A DNA stretch of 47,438 nucleotides, taken from the NCBI GenBank assembly GCA_963743305.1, contig CAVUPH010000011.1, positions 1-47,438 on the forward strand, written 5' to 3'. Position 1 is the stretch's first letter. Each line of letters starts with the position of its first letter. The notes beneath the pieces are model-generated. The model ran no database searches, was not told where the DNA came from, and saw only the letters and a program-made list of their open reading frames with translations. Made by a program: the position numbers and the translations under genes. Origin of the DNA: an uncultured delta proteobacterium. Lineage in GTDB: Bacteria; Desulfobacterota; RBG-13-43-22. Below are positions 9,354 through 19,323 of this stretch, piece after piece.

Positions 9354-10661
9354 ATGATGAGTGAACAACGATGCCTTTCATGGAAGCTTTTTTTAACGAT
9401 CGCCCTTCTGTTCTCTTATTTTTCCTGTATTTCCGTTAGTTCGTCGAATGCGGCCGCCATCGTCCATGGACCGCGGCTCGGACTCGTCACCGCCAATGAA
9501 GCCACCATCTACTGGGATACGGATGTTTCCGCCATCGGAAAGATCCAGTTCGGAAAGAGTTCCTCCTACGGGTCTTCCCAGGAGGAAACGACGGCCAGGA
9601 CGAATCACCGCTTGACCATTCAGGGGCTCTCGGCGGAAACCAACTATTACTATCAGGTGGTTACCGAGGACGCCCAATCCGAGGGCGCCTTCAACACGGC
9701 GCCGACCCGGCATAGCGCCACCTTTAAATTTGCCACCATGGGGGACAACCGCGGAGAGACAGACGCGGCGGATATTGCCGGTTTACCTGAAAATTTCATC
9801 AAACTTTTGGCGGATATGGAAACCCGGGGGCTATCCTTCGCCTTCAATATCGGCGATCTCTTCAAGGGCTATACGGCCAAAATCGACACCATGCGGCAGC
9901 TCTACGACTCCTTCAAGCGCGCCACCGACCCCCTGGCGAAGAAGGTCCCTTATCTGATCAGCCCCGGCAATCACGAAATGTCGCCCAACAGCAACACCGC
10001 TTCCCCCCCGGGGTTTAATCCTCTAGTCCTCTGGAATGAACAATTTGCTCAGCCCCAAGTCCTGTCGGGGCACGAAGGCACGGCCTTTTCCTGGAATTGG
10101 GGCAATGCGCACTTTTCCTCCATCGACACGGCCCTGTATGAGTTCGGCAAACCCGAAAATGGGTTCTGTGTGGTCGATGACAACCAAAGGACTTGGCTTG
10201 AAAATGACCTTGCCCAGGCCCAAAAGAGGGGAGTGCGTCACCTCTTTGTTCTCTCCCACTGTCACGCCTTCAGAGAACCCGGCGGGACGCTTTATAATCT
10301 AGGGTCTGTGGACAAGGACCTGCGAGACAAATTCTGGGCCGTTCTGGAGAAATACAACGTCGCTGCCTACATAGTGGGGCACGAGCATCGTTTTATCGAC
10401 ACGTTGGCCCAGGAAGGCGGAGAGGGATCAAACCCGGACTTTAAGGTGATCCAGTGGCTCAACGGCAACTGCGGCGCTACGCCCGATCCGGCTACCGGAA
10501 AAAGCGAATACACCCTCTGGACCGTCGATGGCGACACGGTTACGGCACAATTGATCGACACCACGGGAACGATCAACTATACCAAGATTTTTTCCAGCCG
10601 CCAGCCTGCCGGAACAGTCGTCACCGATTTTGTCTTTCTTCCCATCCTCCATCGTTTTTAA
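9354..10661 (+). CDS. Exported purple-acid-phosphatase-like metallophosphoesterase with N-terminal FN3-like domain and C-terminal VFLPILHR motif
   Basis: Signal peptide; HRLTIQGLSAETNYYY, MGDNR, GDL, PGNHE, SH and GHEH motifs. Confidence 0.85.
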   Translation: MMSEQRCLSWKLFLTIALLFSYFSCISVSSSNAAAIVHGPRLGLVTANEATIYWDTDVSAIGKIQFGKSSSYGSSQEETTARTNHRLTIQGLSAETNYYYQVVTEDAQSEGAFNTAPTRHSATFKFATMGDNRGETDAADIAGLPENFIKLLADMETRGLSFAFNIGDLFKGYTAKIDTMRQLYDSFKRATDPLAKKVPYLISPGNHEMSPNSNTASPPGFNPLVLWNEQFAQPQVLSGHEGTAFSWNWGNAHFSSIDTALYEFGKPENGFCVVDDNQRTWLENDLAQAQKRGVRHLFVLSHCHAFREPGGTLYNLGSVDKDLRDKFWAVLEKYNVAAYIVGHEHRFIDTLAQEGGEGSNPDFKVIQWLNGNCGATPDPATGKSEYTLWTVDGDTVTAQLIDTTGTINYTKIFSSRQPAGTVVTDFVFLPILHRF

Positions 10662-12754
10662 GCCCGTTTATTTGAATCCCTGAACTCGCGGGTAGGCCAC
10701 CAGGGCTCGCCCGCCGGACTTCATCGGCCAAACCCCGGCTCAAGCGAAATCGGGGGCAGCCCCCAATTGTTTTTTTCAGCACGCCGATCATTTGCGGACT
10801 CAACTGCTTGAACAGTTCCGCGTTGTACGAACCGTGGCACGGTACGGGAACGGCGGCCTTGCTCAGATCCACATACTGGATCGTCGGATCGTTGGTCTGG
10901 GGTGCGTCGCTCTGTGGCCGGGTTGGATCCATGCTCGGCACGGGGAGCTTGCCGGTACCGCCGGCCGTCGAATAGTTCAGGGAATTCTGATTCAATTCAT
11001 TCTGGACGATCTGCTGCACCGCGATGGCGTGCCGGCGCGATGTGGCGGCAGGCGTACCCTCCGCGACCGCCGGATCGACGTTAACCGTGACCATGGAAAC
11101 GGTGTAGTCGCCGTTCAGATAGATTTCGAAAGTCCGAAACTGTTGGGGAAAATCCCTCAGCGACGAGGTTTCCACCTGCCAGAAGCCTTGCTCCGGTTTG
11201 GCGGGATCCGCCGAGGGAAAGGCCTTGACGGTGTTCACATGCCGATGTCCGGCAATCCACAGGAGCAGATTCGGCGTGTTCTGCAGCGTCTTGACCAAGT
11301 CAGCGAGGCTCACGGCGTTCCGGTGCTGGGGCGCGATAGTCAGTCGTCTCGCCCCACCATTCCATTTCCGAGCCCACGGGCGCAACACCGATGGGGACAT
11401 GGGCGGCGATTATCATCAATTGGTTGTCGACCTGACCCTGGGCCAGTTCGGCTTGCAGCCAGGACCAGCGCTGCGCGTCCAGATAACCATGGCCATGGAT
11501 ATCGGTCGAGCCGTCGTCTTCCCTTTGGGTATCGTCCAGCACGATCACCTTGAGCGGTATCTTTGGGTTGGGAACGAAGCTGTAACAGGTAAAACCAGAG
11601 GGACTGTTTTTGTCGACCAGATGGAAGCCGTGGCCGACCGGTTGGGTCGTGGTCTTGAAAAATTCTTCTAGCCACTCGGTCCTCACCAGTGAGCGGCGAT
11701 CCGGATCGGCGACGACCTGGGGCGCGCCGGCGGCAAAAGCGGGATCGTCGGCCGGCCCGGCGTGGATGATTTTCCCGTAGGGGTTCGAACCGTCGATCAC
11801 GCCCGTGTAGAATTGCGGCTTGGCGGTCATCCTTGCCATGTTGAACAAAACGGGAAAGGTCCGCAGGTTGGGGGCCAGAATGTCGGCCATGGCCCAGACC
11901 GAAGCGGAAAGGTACGACTGCCGAATGCCCAGCGCCGGGTTCGCATCCACGGGAAACGATCCAATATAGAAATGATCATGGTTGCCCATCGCCTGATACC
12001 AGGGGATGGACTGGTCCAGTCCGGCGGCCCGGTACGGTTTTTGGTAGTCCAGGCTGTCCGCGCCGAGATGGGCGCCGGAACTGGGTGTAATGATCTTGCC
12101 GTCGAAGACGTCGAGATACCACCTGAGCTCGTTGTACGAGGTGTTGTTGCAGGTGTCGCCGAGCGAGATGCCGAAATCGAAGGGGTTCTGCCGGTGCAGG
12201 GCATTAACCGTCTGAACGGCGGCATCCAACACGTGCGTGGTGCGCATCATCACCGGCGAGTAGATGGAAGTGTTGTTATAGGCGAATCGTTCAGCCTGTT
12301 GAAAATGGATCAGTTGATTCGGCGCTTCCTTGTCCGTAATGTGAATATCAGAAAAAGTGAAGAAGTGGATCAGCTTGGCTTTTCGGGCCGGCGACGGCCG
12401 GCTGTAGTTTTTGGGCATGAGGTCCGTTCTCGGCATCAACGGAAGCGGCGAACCGAGCGTCCAGTGGCCATAGCCAAACTTGTCGTATTGTTCGACCTGG
12501 GAAATTTGAGTTATTGTCAGACCCGGCAACGTCTTGGGAAAGGTAATCATCTCCTGAAGCGTCGTAGCGACTTTAGGCCTAATCGGGTATTGCGGTATTT
12601 GGGTACTGCCTTGGGCGGCGCCGACATCCCCCCAGGCCAATGAATTCAGCGTCAGCGCACCGAAGGCCCCGGCCGAATAGGTCAAAAATGCCCGCCGGGT
12701 GATGGCCCCGGAACTACCCAATTCACTCATTTTATTTGTTTTCTTGGAACTCAT
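10621..12754 (-). CDS. Tat-exported metallophosphoesterase (TIGR03768-like), paralog of 7195-9000, frameshift near 11320-11350
   Basis: TRRAFL Tat motif; SDIHITDKEAP and GNHD in ORF 11300-12754; GHRH and WQVETSSLRDFPQ in ORF 10621-11400. True 3' end uncertain. Confidence 0.8.
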
Positions 12755-12942
12755 GTTTCAATTCTCCCTACATAGATTCTCCTCAAGGGCTGAGGATGAT
12801 AGCCACGGCTGCGTTGAGCTTGATATTGTTTTCGGTATTGGGCGAAAGAACTTTAGTCGAAGGACTTATATGGTTGTTCGCCCTTTTGGGTGGGTGGCCA
12901 CAATATATGGGAAATAAGCTTGAAATCTGGCCTCCGTGGCCG

Positions 12943-13294
12943 CCGGGTCCGAATAGAGTGCTTCGAGGCCGGGATAGGATAGTTCTTTTTTGACGATCAT
13001 GAAATAAACGGTGCCCAAGGCGGATTGTTTCGCCGGGTCCAGGTCGATGCCCGGCCGGGGATACAGCACCCGGAGCGGGCCGTAATGCCGGAAAGCCATC
13101 GAGAGTATTCCCTTCGTCTCCTGACGGTCGTGGGGTCCCGGGAAGGCCTGGAAATTCCCGGAGGTCAAAGCCAGGAGTCCCTGGATATCATGCTTTTCCG
13201 CCAGGTCTCCCCCCTTTTTGATCAAGGCCTGGATCATTACCACGTCATCTTCCCGGGAACAGGAGGAAGAGATTAGCAACATGATTTCATTCAC
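12943..13294 (-). pseudogene. NTF2/SnoaL-like lipoprotein copy A, 3'-truncated with deleted signal peptide
   Basis: Matches copies B-D up to YSDP, then diverges. Confidence 0.7.
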
Positions 13295-13389
13295 AGACGA
13301 TCTCCATCCATATTGTAGCGCTTCGGTGTCAACCGGTCAGCGACCGGGATCCGTTCAGTTCTTGACCAGGTTAAATGATCCATCAGGCA

Positions 13390-13737
13390 CTAACCCCAAA
13401 AACAATGGTTTTCATCCAGGTCTACCAGGGAAAGGAATTCTTCGACAGAGCGGACCCCCGGGCAGGGGGGGTAGCGATGCCATTTTTGATCGGCCCTCTG
13501 CCAGAAGACCCCCCAGACTTTATTGGTCTTTACAAAGGTGGCCTTGGCCACCGGACTTTCCATATATCGGTTCGGATCATTCCAGGCCGGGCGGATCTCA
13601 AACAGGAGCAGGCTTGGCCCTTCGAGGCGGAAGCCCAGGTCCAGTTGTCGGCGCAGGTCGGGGGGCGGTCGGCGTTTCTCCAGGAAGGCGTTGACTAATT
13701 TTTCAATGCGCCGCTTCTCAAATTCACTGAATTCCAT
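13390..13737 (-). CDS. DUF3024-family protein, copy 2
   Basis: 115 aa; RRPPPDLRRQLDLGFR..ESPVAKATFVK..WQRADQKWHRY..DENHCFWG. Confidence 0.8.
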   Translation of the reverse strand: MEFSEFEKRRIEKLVNAFLEKRRPPPDLRRQLDLGFRLEGPSLLLFEIRPAWNDPNRYMESPVAKATFVKTNKVWGVFWQRADQKWHRYPPCPGVRSVEEFLSLVDLDENHCFWG

Positions 13738-13757
13738 TTACCAAGCCCTCCATATTT

Positions 13758-13904
13758 TCAGGATCCGACGTTGAAAGGCAGCCGGTTTCCCTGACCACGC
13801 TCCAGCTTGCGCGCCGCCCGCCCGGCAAAATTAGCGGGGAACCGTTTCGACCTGCCCGTGACGTACAGCTCTTGGGTGCGCCTGTCCGCGAGCGTCTTGA
13901 TCAC
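13758..13904 (-). pseudogene. higB: HigB (RelE/ParE superfamily) toxin N-terminal fragment, 48 aa
   Basis: Manual translation from GTG: MIKTLADRRTQELYVTGRSKRFPANFAGRAARKLE, then unrelated sequence and stop. Confidence 0.65.
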
Positions 13905-13941
13905 GGCTTAGGCATAACGAGTCATTTGACACTTGTCAAAT
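13905..13941 (-). promoter_or_regulatory. higBA-type promoter with palindromic operator
   Basis: TTTGACA-ct-TGTCAAA inverted repeat overlapping a minus-strand TTGACA-N17-TATGCC. Confidence 0.55.
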
Positions 13942-14036
13942 GGTAATTCAGTAGATTTCCATATTTCCGTCCCCCCTTTATCCAGGAACCGCAGATATTA
14001 TTGGCATAGGGATATTATTCTCTATACTTCCTTCAT

Positions 14037-14267
14037 ATGATCCGCATTTATCATAACCGCAACTGGAAAATTGAGGTATTTGGTCAGGTGCATGGCCGAC
14101 CGCCATTTCATCTGCGGTGGCCTGAGGGAAGGGCATCAATATCCATTGAAACGCTAGAGGTCATCATTGGACGCCCGCCGGCCACCACCCTGACCGAGGT
14201 CCGCCAATGGGCGGAGGCCAACCGGGAGCGGTTGTGGACGGCCTGGTATGAACTGAACCGGAGGTGA
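14037..14267 (+). CDS. DUF4160-family protein
   Basis: KIEVFGQVHGRPPFHL..ISIETLEVIIG..VRQWAEANRERLWTAW; overlaps the downstream DUF2442 gene. Confidence 0.75.
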   Translation: MIRIYHNRNWKIEVFGQVHGRPPFHLRWPEGRASISIETLEVIIGRPPATTLTEVRQWAEANRERLWTAWYELNRR

Positions 14268-14764
14268 TCATGAATCAACAATTTATAGCTTCTGTTACGG
14301 CTGAAGCGCCGGCCCTTCTGACCATTGTCTGGCGCAGCGGTAAACAGACCAAGGTCGACCTGTCCGACTATCTCCATTCCCCCGGATATGAACGGCTGAA
14401 AAAATCAAGCTTTTTTGCCGGGGTGGCCGTGGAGGAATGGGGACATGGGGTGGAGTGGGCCGATGGTGAGATTGGTATCGATGCGGATTCTTTTTATCGT
14501 TTGGGCAAAGAGCAAACCGGCGCCGCCTATCCGGTGACCGAGTTCAATGCGTGGCTGGAGCGGAATGGACTATCTTTAAGCGCCGCGGCCAAGGCGCTGG
14601 GCATTTCCCGCCGAACGATCCTCTACTATCACGGAGGGCACAAACCGATACCCTACTACATTAAACTCGCCTGCCTTGGCTGGGAAGTGCTCCATTCCCA
14701 AAAGGCCGCCCAATCGGATGGCCGCCCCGCCTTGGCCTTGACAGAAATAAGGAACGATGTATAA
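14264..14764 (+). CDS. DUF2442 domain + HTH protein, partner of DUF4160
   Basis: FFAGVAVEEWGHGVEW..IDADSFY followed by HTH GLSLSAAAKALGISRRTILYY. Confidence 0.75.
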   Translation: MIMNQQFIASVTAEAPALLTIVWRSGKQTKVDLSDYLHSPGYERLKKSSFFAGVAVEEWGHGVEWADGEIGIDADSFYRLGKEQTGAAYPVTEFNAWLERNGLSLSAAAKALGISRRTILYYHGGHKPIPYYIKLACLGWEVLHSQKAAQSDGRPALALTEIRNDV

Positions 14765-14765
14765 T
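14738..14765 (+). promoter_or_regulatory. Sigma70 promoter of the RHH-VapC operon
   Basis: TTGACA-N16-TATAAT; TGTATA/TGTATACA repeats nearby. Confidence 0.65.
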
Positions 14766-14795
14766 ATTAATGTATACAGCATAGGAGGATGTCCC

Positions 14796-15029
14796 ATGGT
14801 GCGAACACAGATTTATTTAACCGAACGTCAACGTAACGAGCTGGCGGCTATCGCCAGGACAGCGGGAAGAAAACAGAGCGAACTCATTCGAGAGGCCGTC
14901 GATCGCCTTATCAGTCTGGCGGGCCGTAGTGCGCGGGAGGTCGTATTGCGCCAGGCTGCCGGAATCTGGAAGGACCGAACGGATCTTCCAGACTTCAAGG
15001 CCACCCGGGCCGATTGGGACAGAAACTGA
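14796..15029 (+). CDS. CopG/RHH antitoxin
   Basis: MVRTQIYLTERQ..SELIREAVD..AAGIWKDR; RBS AGGAGG; directly upstream of a PIN gene. Confidence 0.85.
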   Translation: MVRTQIYLTERQRNELAAIARTAGRKQSELIREAVDRLISLAGRSAREVVLRQAAGIWKDRTDLPDFKATRADWDRN

Positions 15030-15031
15030 GG

Positions 15032-15415
15032 ATGGAAGGGCCATTCCTTCTCGACACGGATGTTCTGGTTGATTTTTTCCGGGGCGAAAGCAAAGCGGTG
15101 GCCTTCGTTAAGGCCAACGCGGATCGGATCATCTTGTCAGCCATCGTCGTGGCGGAGCTGTACGCCGGAGTGAAAGGGGAGGCAGAACAAACCGTTCTGG
15201 ACAACTTTATCTCCCTCTTCCGGGTTGTCCCGATAAGTGCCGCCATCGCCAAAGCCGGAGGGCTCTATAAAAGGGATTACGGCAAATCCCACGGCGTCGG
15301 ACTGGCCGATGCCATCCTGGCTGCATCCGCTGAAGCCGAACACGCGGAGTTGAAGACGCTCAACCTCAAGCATTACCCCATGTTTAAGAGCCTCAAACCG
15401 GCCTACAAAAAATAG
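15032..15415 (+). CDS. vapC: VapC PIN-domain toxin
   Basis: LLDTDVLVD, VAELYAG, GLADAILAA, TLNLKHY. Confidence 0.9.
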   Translation: MEGPFLLDTDVLVDFFRGESKAVAFVKANADRIILSAIVVAELYAGVKGEAEQTVLDNFISLFRVVPISAAIAKAGGLYKRDYGKSHGVGLADAILAASAEAEHAELKTLNLKHYPMFKSLKPAYKK

Positions 15416-15470
15416 CTACCCGATAAGCCAGATCGGAGCAAATACCGCTGGCCGCCACCCAAGCTTCACC

Positions 15471-15611
15471 TTATTGACGTTTAATCATTTCCCGGCAAGC
15501 CCATTCCATCTTCTCGACCGCCATAGCTGGAAAAGCATCTGGCCGGACCGAGGAATTTTTCGAAAATATTTTCAGGAATTAAAAAGCTACACGCCCAACC
15601 TTCCCAAATAG
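15471..15611. repeat. Two abutting gene-tail remnants
   Basis: 15471-15550 resembles the 3' end of the 18025 gene (minus strand); 15553-15611 resembles the 3' end of PIN 16678-17124 (plus strand). Confidence 0.7.
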
Positions 15612-15634
15612 GGCTATCAAAATACCCGCTCATC

Positions 15635-16144
15635 TTATTCAGGTTCGAATCCGGGCCCCCGGAAGGAGTCCAACCGGCCGCTGGTAACGGACCATTCCCC
15701 TTTGGCTTTTTTAAATTCCAGCTTCAAGCGGTACAGATCCGCATTTTCGCCGACCTTGGCCAGCCAGGCCGGCGGGTCCGAATAGAGTGCGTCGAGGCCG
15801 GGATAGGATAAGTCCTTTTTGACGATCATGAAATAAACGGTGCCCAAGGCGGATTGTTTCGCTGGGTCCAGGTCGATGCCCGGCCGGGGATACAGCACCC
15901 GGAACGGGCCGTAATGCCGAAAGACCATCCAGAGTATTTCCTTCGTTTCCCGACGGTCGTGGGGTCCCGGGAAGGCCAAAAAATCCCCGGAAGTCAGGGC
16001 CAGGAGTCCCTGGAGGTCATGTTTTTCAGCCAGGGCGTCCCCTTTTTTGATCAAGGCCTGGATCTTTACCGCATCATTTTCGGATGAACAGGCGGAAGAG
16101 AATAGCAGCAGGATAATAAGAATGGCTTTCGTTCCGGCAACCAA
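15635..16144 (-). CDS. NTF2/SnoaL-like lipoprotein copy B
   Basis: Lipobox-like LLFSSAC; AEKHDLQGLLALTSGDF..LYRLKLEFKK..GEWSV. Fold assignment is an inference. Confidence 0.7.
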   Translation of the reverse strand: MVAGTKAILIILLLFSSACSSENDAVKIQALIKKGDALAEKHDLQGLLALTSGDFLAFPGPHDRRETKEILWMVFRHYGPFRVLYPRPGIDLDPAKQSALGTVYFMIVKKDLSYPGLDALYSDPPAWLAKVGENADLYRLKLEFKKAKGEWSVTSGRLDSFRGPGFEPE

Positions 16145-16391
16145 TCCTTTCTATCTGATTTGGTTCATAGGAGACCTCTTTCCCTGGGCCCAGGCGGTGG
16201 AGTCAGCGACGGCCGTCTTTCCAGTCCTTTTATTTTCCTGCCGGCCCTATCCCTGAAAGGGAGGGTTTCTCAGGACGGGATCTTCGTTTCAAGATCGGCA
16301 TTTTGGACTTTTCTATGACTCAGCAACAAGCGGGATGTCGTCATTGGCAACGGAATTCCTTGAAACTAACGGAATCGGATCAGAATTTAAA

Positions 16392-16420
16392 TTGACGGCG
16401 CAGCAACAAATGGGTATGCT
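16392..16420 (+). promoter_or_regulatory. Sigma70 promoter of the AbrB-PIN operon
   Basis: TTGACG-N17-TATGCT upstream of RBS AGGAG. Confidence 0.55.
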
Positions 16421-16459
16421 TAATATATATAAACAGTATACTCCAGGAGAAAAAAGCAT

Positions 16460-16678
16460 ATGACCAGGGTAACCGCTAAATACCAAATCACTATTCCGCC
16501 CCAGGTTCGCAAATCCCTGGGAATCATTCCCGGAACCAAGGTCGATCTGGTTCGCCAGGGGGATCAATTCGTTCTGGTGGCCGATCCTCTGGAACGTCTT
16601 AAAAAGAAATGGTGCGGAAAATATCGGGGAAATCAGACGTCCGATCAGTATATCGAAGAAATCCGGGGGGCCGTTTGA
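16460..16678 (+). CDS. AbrB/MazE/SpoVT antitoxin
   Basis: RVTAKYQITIPPQVRKSLGIIPGTKV; TGATG coupling to the PIN gene. Confidence 0.85.
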   Translation: MTRVTAKYQITIPPQVRKSLGIIPGTKVDLVRQGDQFVLVADPLERLKKKWCGKYRGNQTSDQYIEEIRGAV

Positions 16679-17124
16679 TGCGGGTCTGTGTGGATACTTC
16701 GATCCTGATCGATGTGTTGAAAGACGAATTTCGGGAATACCAGGAAGTTTTTTATGCCGCCCTGTCAGCAGGAGAAGTTCTGGTGATACCTTCCATAGTG
16801 TTCGCCGAACTCCTTCCCCAGTTTCAGGGAAACATCAGGGAAGCGTCTCAATTTCTTGGGGATCATTCCATACGGGTTGAAAGCCTGGATCAGGATGCGG
16901 CTTCCGTTGCCGCCCAGCGCTGGATGAAATACCTGAAGAAGAAAGCCAAGATTATCTGCCCCCATTGCCGGAAACCATTGCCGCATAAAGGCCATGTTCT
17001 TTCCGATTTTTATATAGGCGGCTTCGCCCTCAGTCGGTGCGATGCCCTTTTAACCAGGGACCGGGGAATTTTTCGTAAATATTTTCAGGAATTAAAAAGC
17101 TACACGCCCGACATCCCCAAATAG
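16678..17124 (+). CDS. vapC: PIN-domain toxin (VapC-like) with CPHC insertion
   Basis: VCVDTSILIDV, VFAEL, SDFYIGG, LLTRDRG. Confidence 0.85.
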   Translation: MRVCVDTSILIDVLKDEFREYQEVFYAALSAGEVLVIPSIVFAELLPQFQGNIREASQFLGDHSIRVESLDQDAASVAAQRWMKYLKKKAKIICPHCRKPLPHKGHVLSDFYIGGFALSRCDALLTRDRGIFRKYFQELKSYTPDIPK

Positions 17125-17147
17125 GGCTATCAAAATAGCCGTTCATC

Positions 17148-17708
17148 TTATCCGGGTTCGAATCCGGGCCCCCGGAAGGAGTCCAATCGGGCGCTGGTAA
17201 CGGACCATTCCCCTTTGGTTTTTTTAAATTCCAGCTTCAAGCGGTACAGGTCCGCATTTTCGCCGACTTTGGCCAGCCAGGACGTCGGGTCCGAATAGAG
17301 TGCTTCGAGGCCGGGATAAGATAATTCTTTTTTGACGATCATGAAATAAACGGTACCTAAGGCGGATTGTTTCGCTGGGTCCAGGTCGATACCCGGCCGG
17401 GGATACAGCACCCGGAGCGGGCCGTAATGCCGGAAGGCCATCGAAAGTATTCCCTTCGTCTCCCGGCGGTCGTGGGGTCCCGGGAAGGCCACAAAATCTT
17501 TGGAGGTCAGGGCCAGGAGTTCCTGAAGGTCATGCTTTTCCGCCAGGGCCGTTCCCGTTTTGATCAAGTCCTGGATTTTTACCACGTCGTCTTCCCGGGA
17601 ACAGGCGGAAGAGATTAGCAGCAGGATAATAAGCAGGGCTTTCGTTCCGGAAACCAGGCGTTTCAACATGATTTCAATCCGCCGATTCTCGAATTCACTC
17701 AATTCCAT
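17148..17708 (-). CDS. NTF2/SnoaL-like lipoprotein copy C with DUF3024-derived N-terminal 12 aa
   Basis: MELSEFENRRIE (DUF3024 start) fused to IMLKRLV..LISSAC. Confidence 0.75.
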   Translation of the reverse strand: MELSEFENRRIEIMLKRLVSGTKALLIILLLISSACSREDDVVKIQDLIKTGTALAEKHDLQELLALTSKDFVAFPGPHDRRETKGILSMAFRHYGPLRVLYPRPGIDLDPAKQSALGTVYFMIVKKELSYPGLEALYSDPTSWLAKVGENADLYRLKLEFKKTKGEWSVTSARLDSFRGPGFEPG

Positions 17709-17711
17709 CCA

Positions 17712-17867
17712 CTAAGAACACGTCAAGAAATAAGCTGTACAATACCGCTAATATCTCCGTTCATGCTGAGCCTGTCGAAGCATTGCCGTATCGTTCACCC
17801 TTCGACAAGCTCAGGGCGAACGGTTGTAGGGCCGTTTGTCAAGGTTATTTGTTTACAGATTCTAAGG
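17712..17867. repeat. REP-like palindrome inside a possible degenerate MITE
   Basis: CCGTTCATGCTGAGCCTGTCGAAG...CTTCGACAAGCTCAGGGCGAACGG hairpin; imperfect outer inverted repeats; CTAAG at both ends. Confidence 0.5.
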
Positions 17868-18024
17868 CCTTTTGGCGACTAAGGCTATTTTGGTTTCTTG
17901 CCCTTGATTCGACCCCAGCTCCGAGGCAGGCACCTTTTCTTCCCCTATTATGCTCTTTCCAAAAATGGTTTTTGAATGAAATGGACTACGGCCCGCATTA
18001 CATTTGTCGATTTTCGGCGACTCA

Positions 18025-18462
18025 TTATTGCCGATTGAGCATTTCCCGGCAAACCGATTCTATCCTTTCGACCGCCATAACCGGAAAAGTATCTGCCCCT
18101 CCGAATGCAGATCCGAGCGTTACGGTAATGTTTTCATCGGGCGACGCCGCGAAACCGACCAGAACTTCCTGGCTGGGACCTTCCGGGTAGGCCACAACCC
18201 AATATTGAAACCCCCGTTTCTTGGCCAATTCATTATAGGCGCACATCATCCAGCGGGCGCCGGGAGCCGTCCGGGCATGGAAACCTGGGATCAGGAGGGT
18301 TGAGGTTTTTTCTGTCCTTTTGATTTCGGTGGCCGAGTAATCCAGGGAGGGAAACCCCATGGCCTTCGAGTTGAATTGATAATATTTATACTGGGCCATA
18401 AGGTCTAAAGGAAGCAAAGCAATCATAACAATAATGGGAATTCGAGTAATTTTTACTGCCAT
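18025..18462 (-). CDS. Exported hypothetical protein
   Basis: Signal-peptide-like N-terminus; a diverged 3' remnant at 15471-15550 suggests it is a real gene. Confidence 0.6.
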   Translation of the reverse strand: MAVKITRIPIIVMIALLPLDLMAQYKYYQFNSKAMGFPSLDYSATEIKRTEKTSTLLIPGFHARTAPGARWMMCAYNELAKKRGFQYWVVAYPEGPSQEVLVGFAASPDENITVTLGSAFGGADTFPVMAVERIESVCREMLNRQ

Positions 18463-18880
18463 GGGTATCCGCTTAAAGTCTTCTTCCCGGGGGCTAAAAG
18501 GATATTTTAAAGCCATTTTCATCCCCTATGGTTGATACAGTTCAATGAGAATACAATCTCTTCATCTGGTCCGACCCAATGCCATACAACTGGTTCCAAA
18601 TCTACCAGCCGGCCCAGCGGCTGTCAATACCCGGTGAAATCTCCTGCCGATCATAGGAGCGTCGCGGCCTCCCTCCCTTTACCCGACTTAAACCCAGACT
18701 AAAAATCCAATGTTGGGGAGTCGGACCCAAGGCCGATTTAGAACAAACCCGCTCAACCCGATGACCTTCAATATATAGAAAAATATTTGACTTCTTGTGG
18801 TAAAATAATTACCATGTAGTATAAATATAACCACAATCCAAAAAAGGGGCGAAGAATCAAAAAGGGGAGGGGGAAGGAAC

Positions 18881-19243
18881 ATGTTCGGGGATTACATTAA
18901 AAATAGAAGGATTCTTAAGGGGTTAAGTTTAAGGGAGTTTTGTAAGCGGGTCGATATGGATGCCAGCAACTGGAGCAAAATTGAAAGGGGAATTTTGTCT
19001 CCACCCCAAGAGGAGGGAAAATTGCAACTTATTGCTCAGGTCCTTGAAATCAAAAAAAATTCGGAAGCCTGGAAAGAAATGAAGGACAAAGCCTCTATCG
19101 GGGCTGGTCTCATACCGGGGGATATTCTTTCCGACAAGAAAGTCTCAAAATCTTTGCCATTATTTTTTAGAACCTTAAGAAGCGAAAAGCCTACGCCGGA
19201 TGAACTTGAGAAACTGATCCAAATCATCCGAAGGGAGCATTGA
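18881..19243 (+). CDS. XRE/Cro-C1 HTH regulator
   Basis: FGDYIKNRRILKGLSLREFC..DASNWSKIERG; purine-rich RBS. Confidence 0.85.
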   Translation: MFGDYIKNRRILKGLSLREFCKRVDMDASNWSKIERGILSPPQEEGKLQLIAQVLEIKKNSEAWKEMKDKASIGAGLIPGDILSDKKVSKSLPLFFRTLRSEKPTPDELEKLIQIIRREH

Positions 19244-19323
19244 ATTGGAAATTGAAACCCGGGTCAAACGGGAAGGCATTTGGCCACCTAATATATAATT
19301 GACCTCACAGATAGCCGTTCATC

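Larger units (their letters stand above)
13278..14442. repeat. Near-identical direct repeat of ~19841-20892
   Basis: DUF3024, higB fragment, promoter region and DUF4160/DUF2442 5' parts repeat at offset ~6563; the second copy has a 114-bp deletion. Confidence 0.9.

Noticed and set aside
13760-13940. Conserved noncoding region upstream of DUF3024 as a riboswitch
   Set aside because: Better explained as a HigB N-terminal coding remnant plus promoter.
17150-17175. GGTTCGAATCC (also near 2310, 15641 and 19331) resembles a tRNA T-loop
   Set aside because: It is the antisense of the lipoprotein's GFEP codons; no cloverleaf, canonical T-stem or CCA. The remnant at 2321 does end here, but nothing else supports a pseudo-att site.
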